DNA of 64,000 bases from a virus. Below, one piece after another: positions 63,887 to 64,000 of this stretch. The notes below the pieces were generated by a model that ran no database searches, was not told where the DNA came from, and saw nothing but the letters and a program-made list of their open reading frames with translations. A program made the translations under genes and the position numbers. Location of the stretch: IMG/VR virus record IMGVR_UViG_3300050821_011467, positions 1-64,000 of that record. The stretch is one strand, 5' to 3'. The first letter of the stretch is position 1. Every line of letters begins with the position of its first letter.

Positions 63887-64000
63887 CGCAGCGGTCCTAA
63901 AGGAGTTCCTTGTCGGGGTCGGCTACAAGGTCGATGAATCCAGCCAGGATCGCTTTACCAAGGGCCTGGCGGGTGCCGGTGCCGCGGTAGCTAAGGTTCA
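63879..64000 (+). CDS. Tape measure protein, 5' end (partial)
   Basis: MADAAVLKEFLVGVGYKVDE N-terminus typical of this phage type; follows the chaperones. Confidence 0.75.
   Translation, partial: MADAAVLKEFLVGVGYKVDESSQDRFTKGLAGAGAAVAKV

Overview
The window is most of the genome of a GC-rich contractile-tailed (myovirus-type) phage, probably of an alphaproteobacterial host (SciP-like, GapR-like and DUF3309 genes). It starts in a baseplate gene followed by a 2764-aa repetitive tail fibre, runs through accessory, recombination, regulatory and replication genes, then terminase, portal, MuF, protease/scaffold, capsid, neck, sheath and tube, and ends in the tape-measure gene. No integrase is visible. 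Top finding: a TIGR-Tas-like RNA-guided locus at 33101-34638. It is a dual-repeat array with a 36-nt period (GAGCGAGCCA-N8-GAGAGCACCA-N8; 15 units upstream, about 5 downstream) with a nuclease-less Nop/IS110-related gene (TasA-like) sitting inside one repeat. Second: three perfect chromosomal-type parS palindromes (TGTTTCACGTGAAACA). Together with a SciP-like gene, a GapR-Rmf-AT-hook fusion and a DnaA box, they suggest use of host segregation and cell-cycle machinery. Also present: a kinase-like/ADP-ribosyltransferase fusion, a peptide + Cys-rich protein + MFS cassette, a PEP-CTERM protein, a Tae2-like amidase, tRNA-Thr(TGT) and small genes joined by a conserved linker. All family calls are from motif recognition by eye; no database searches were run.
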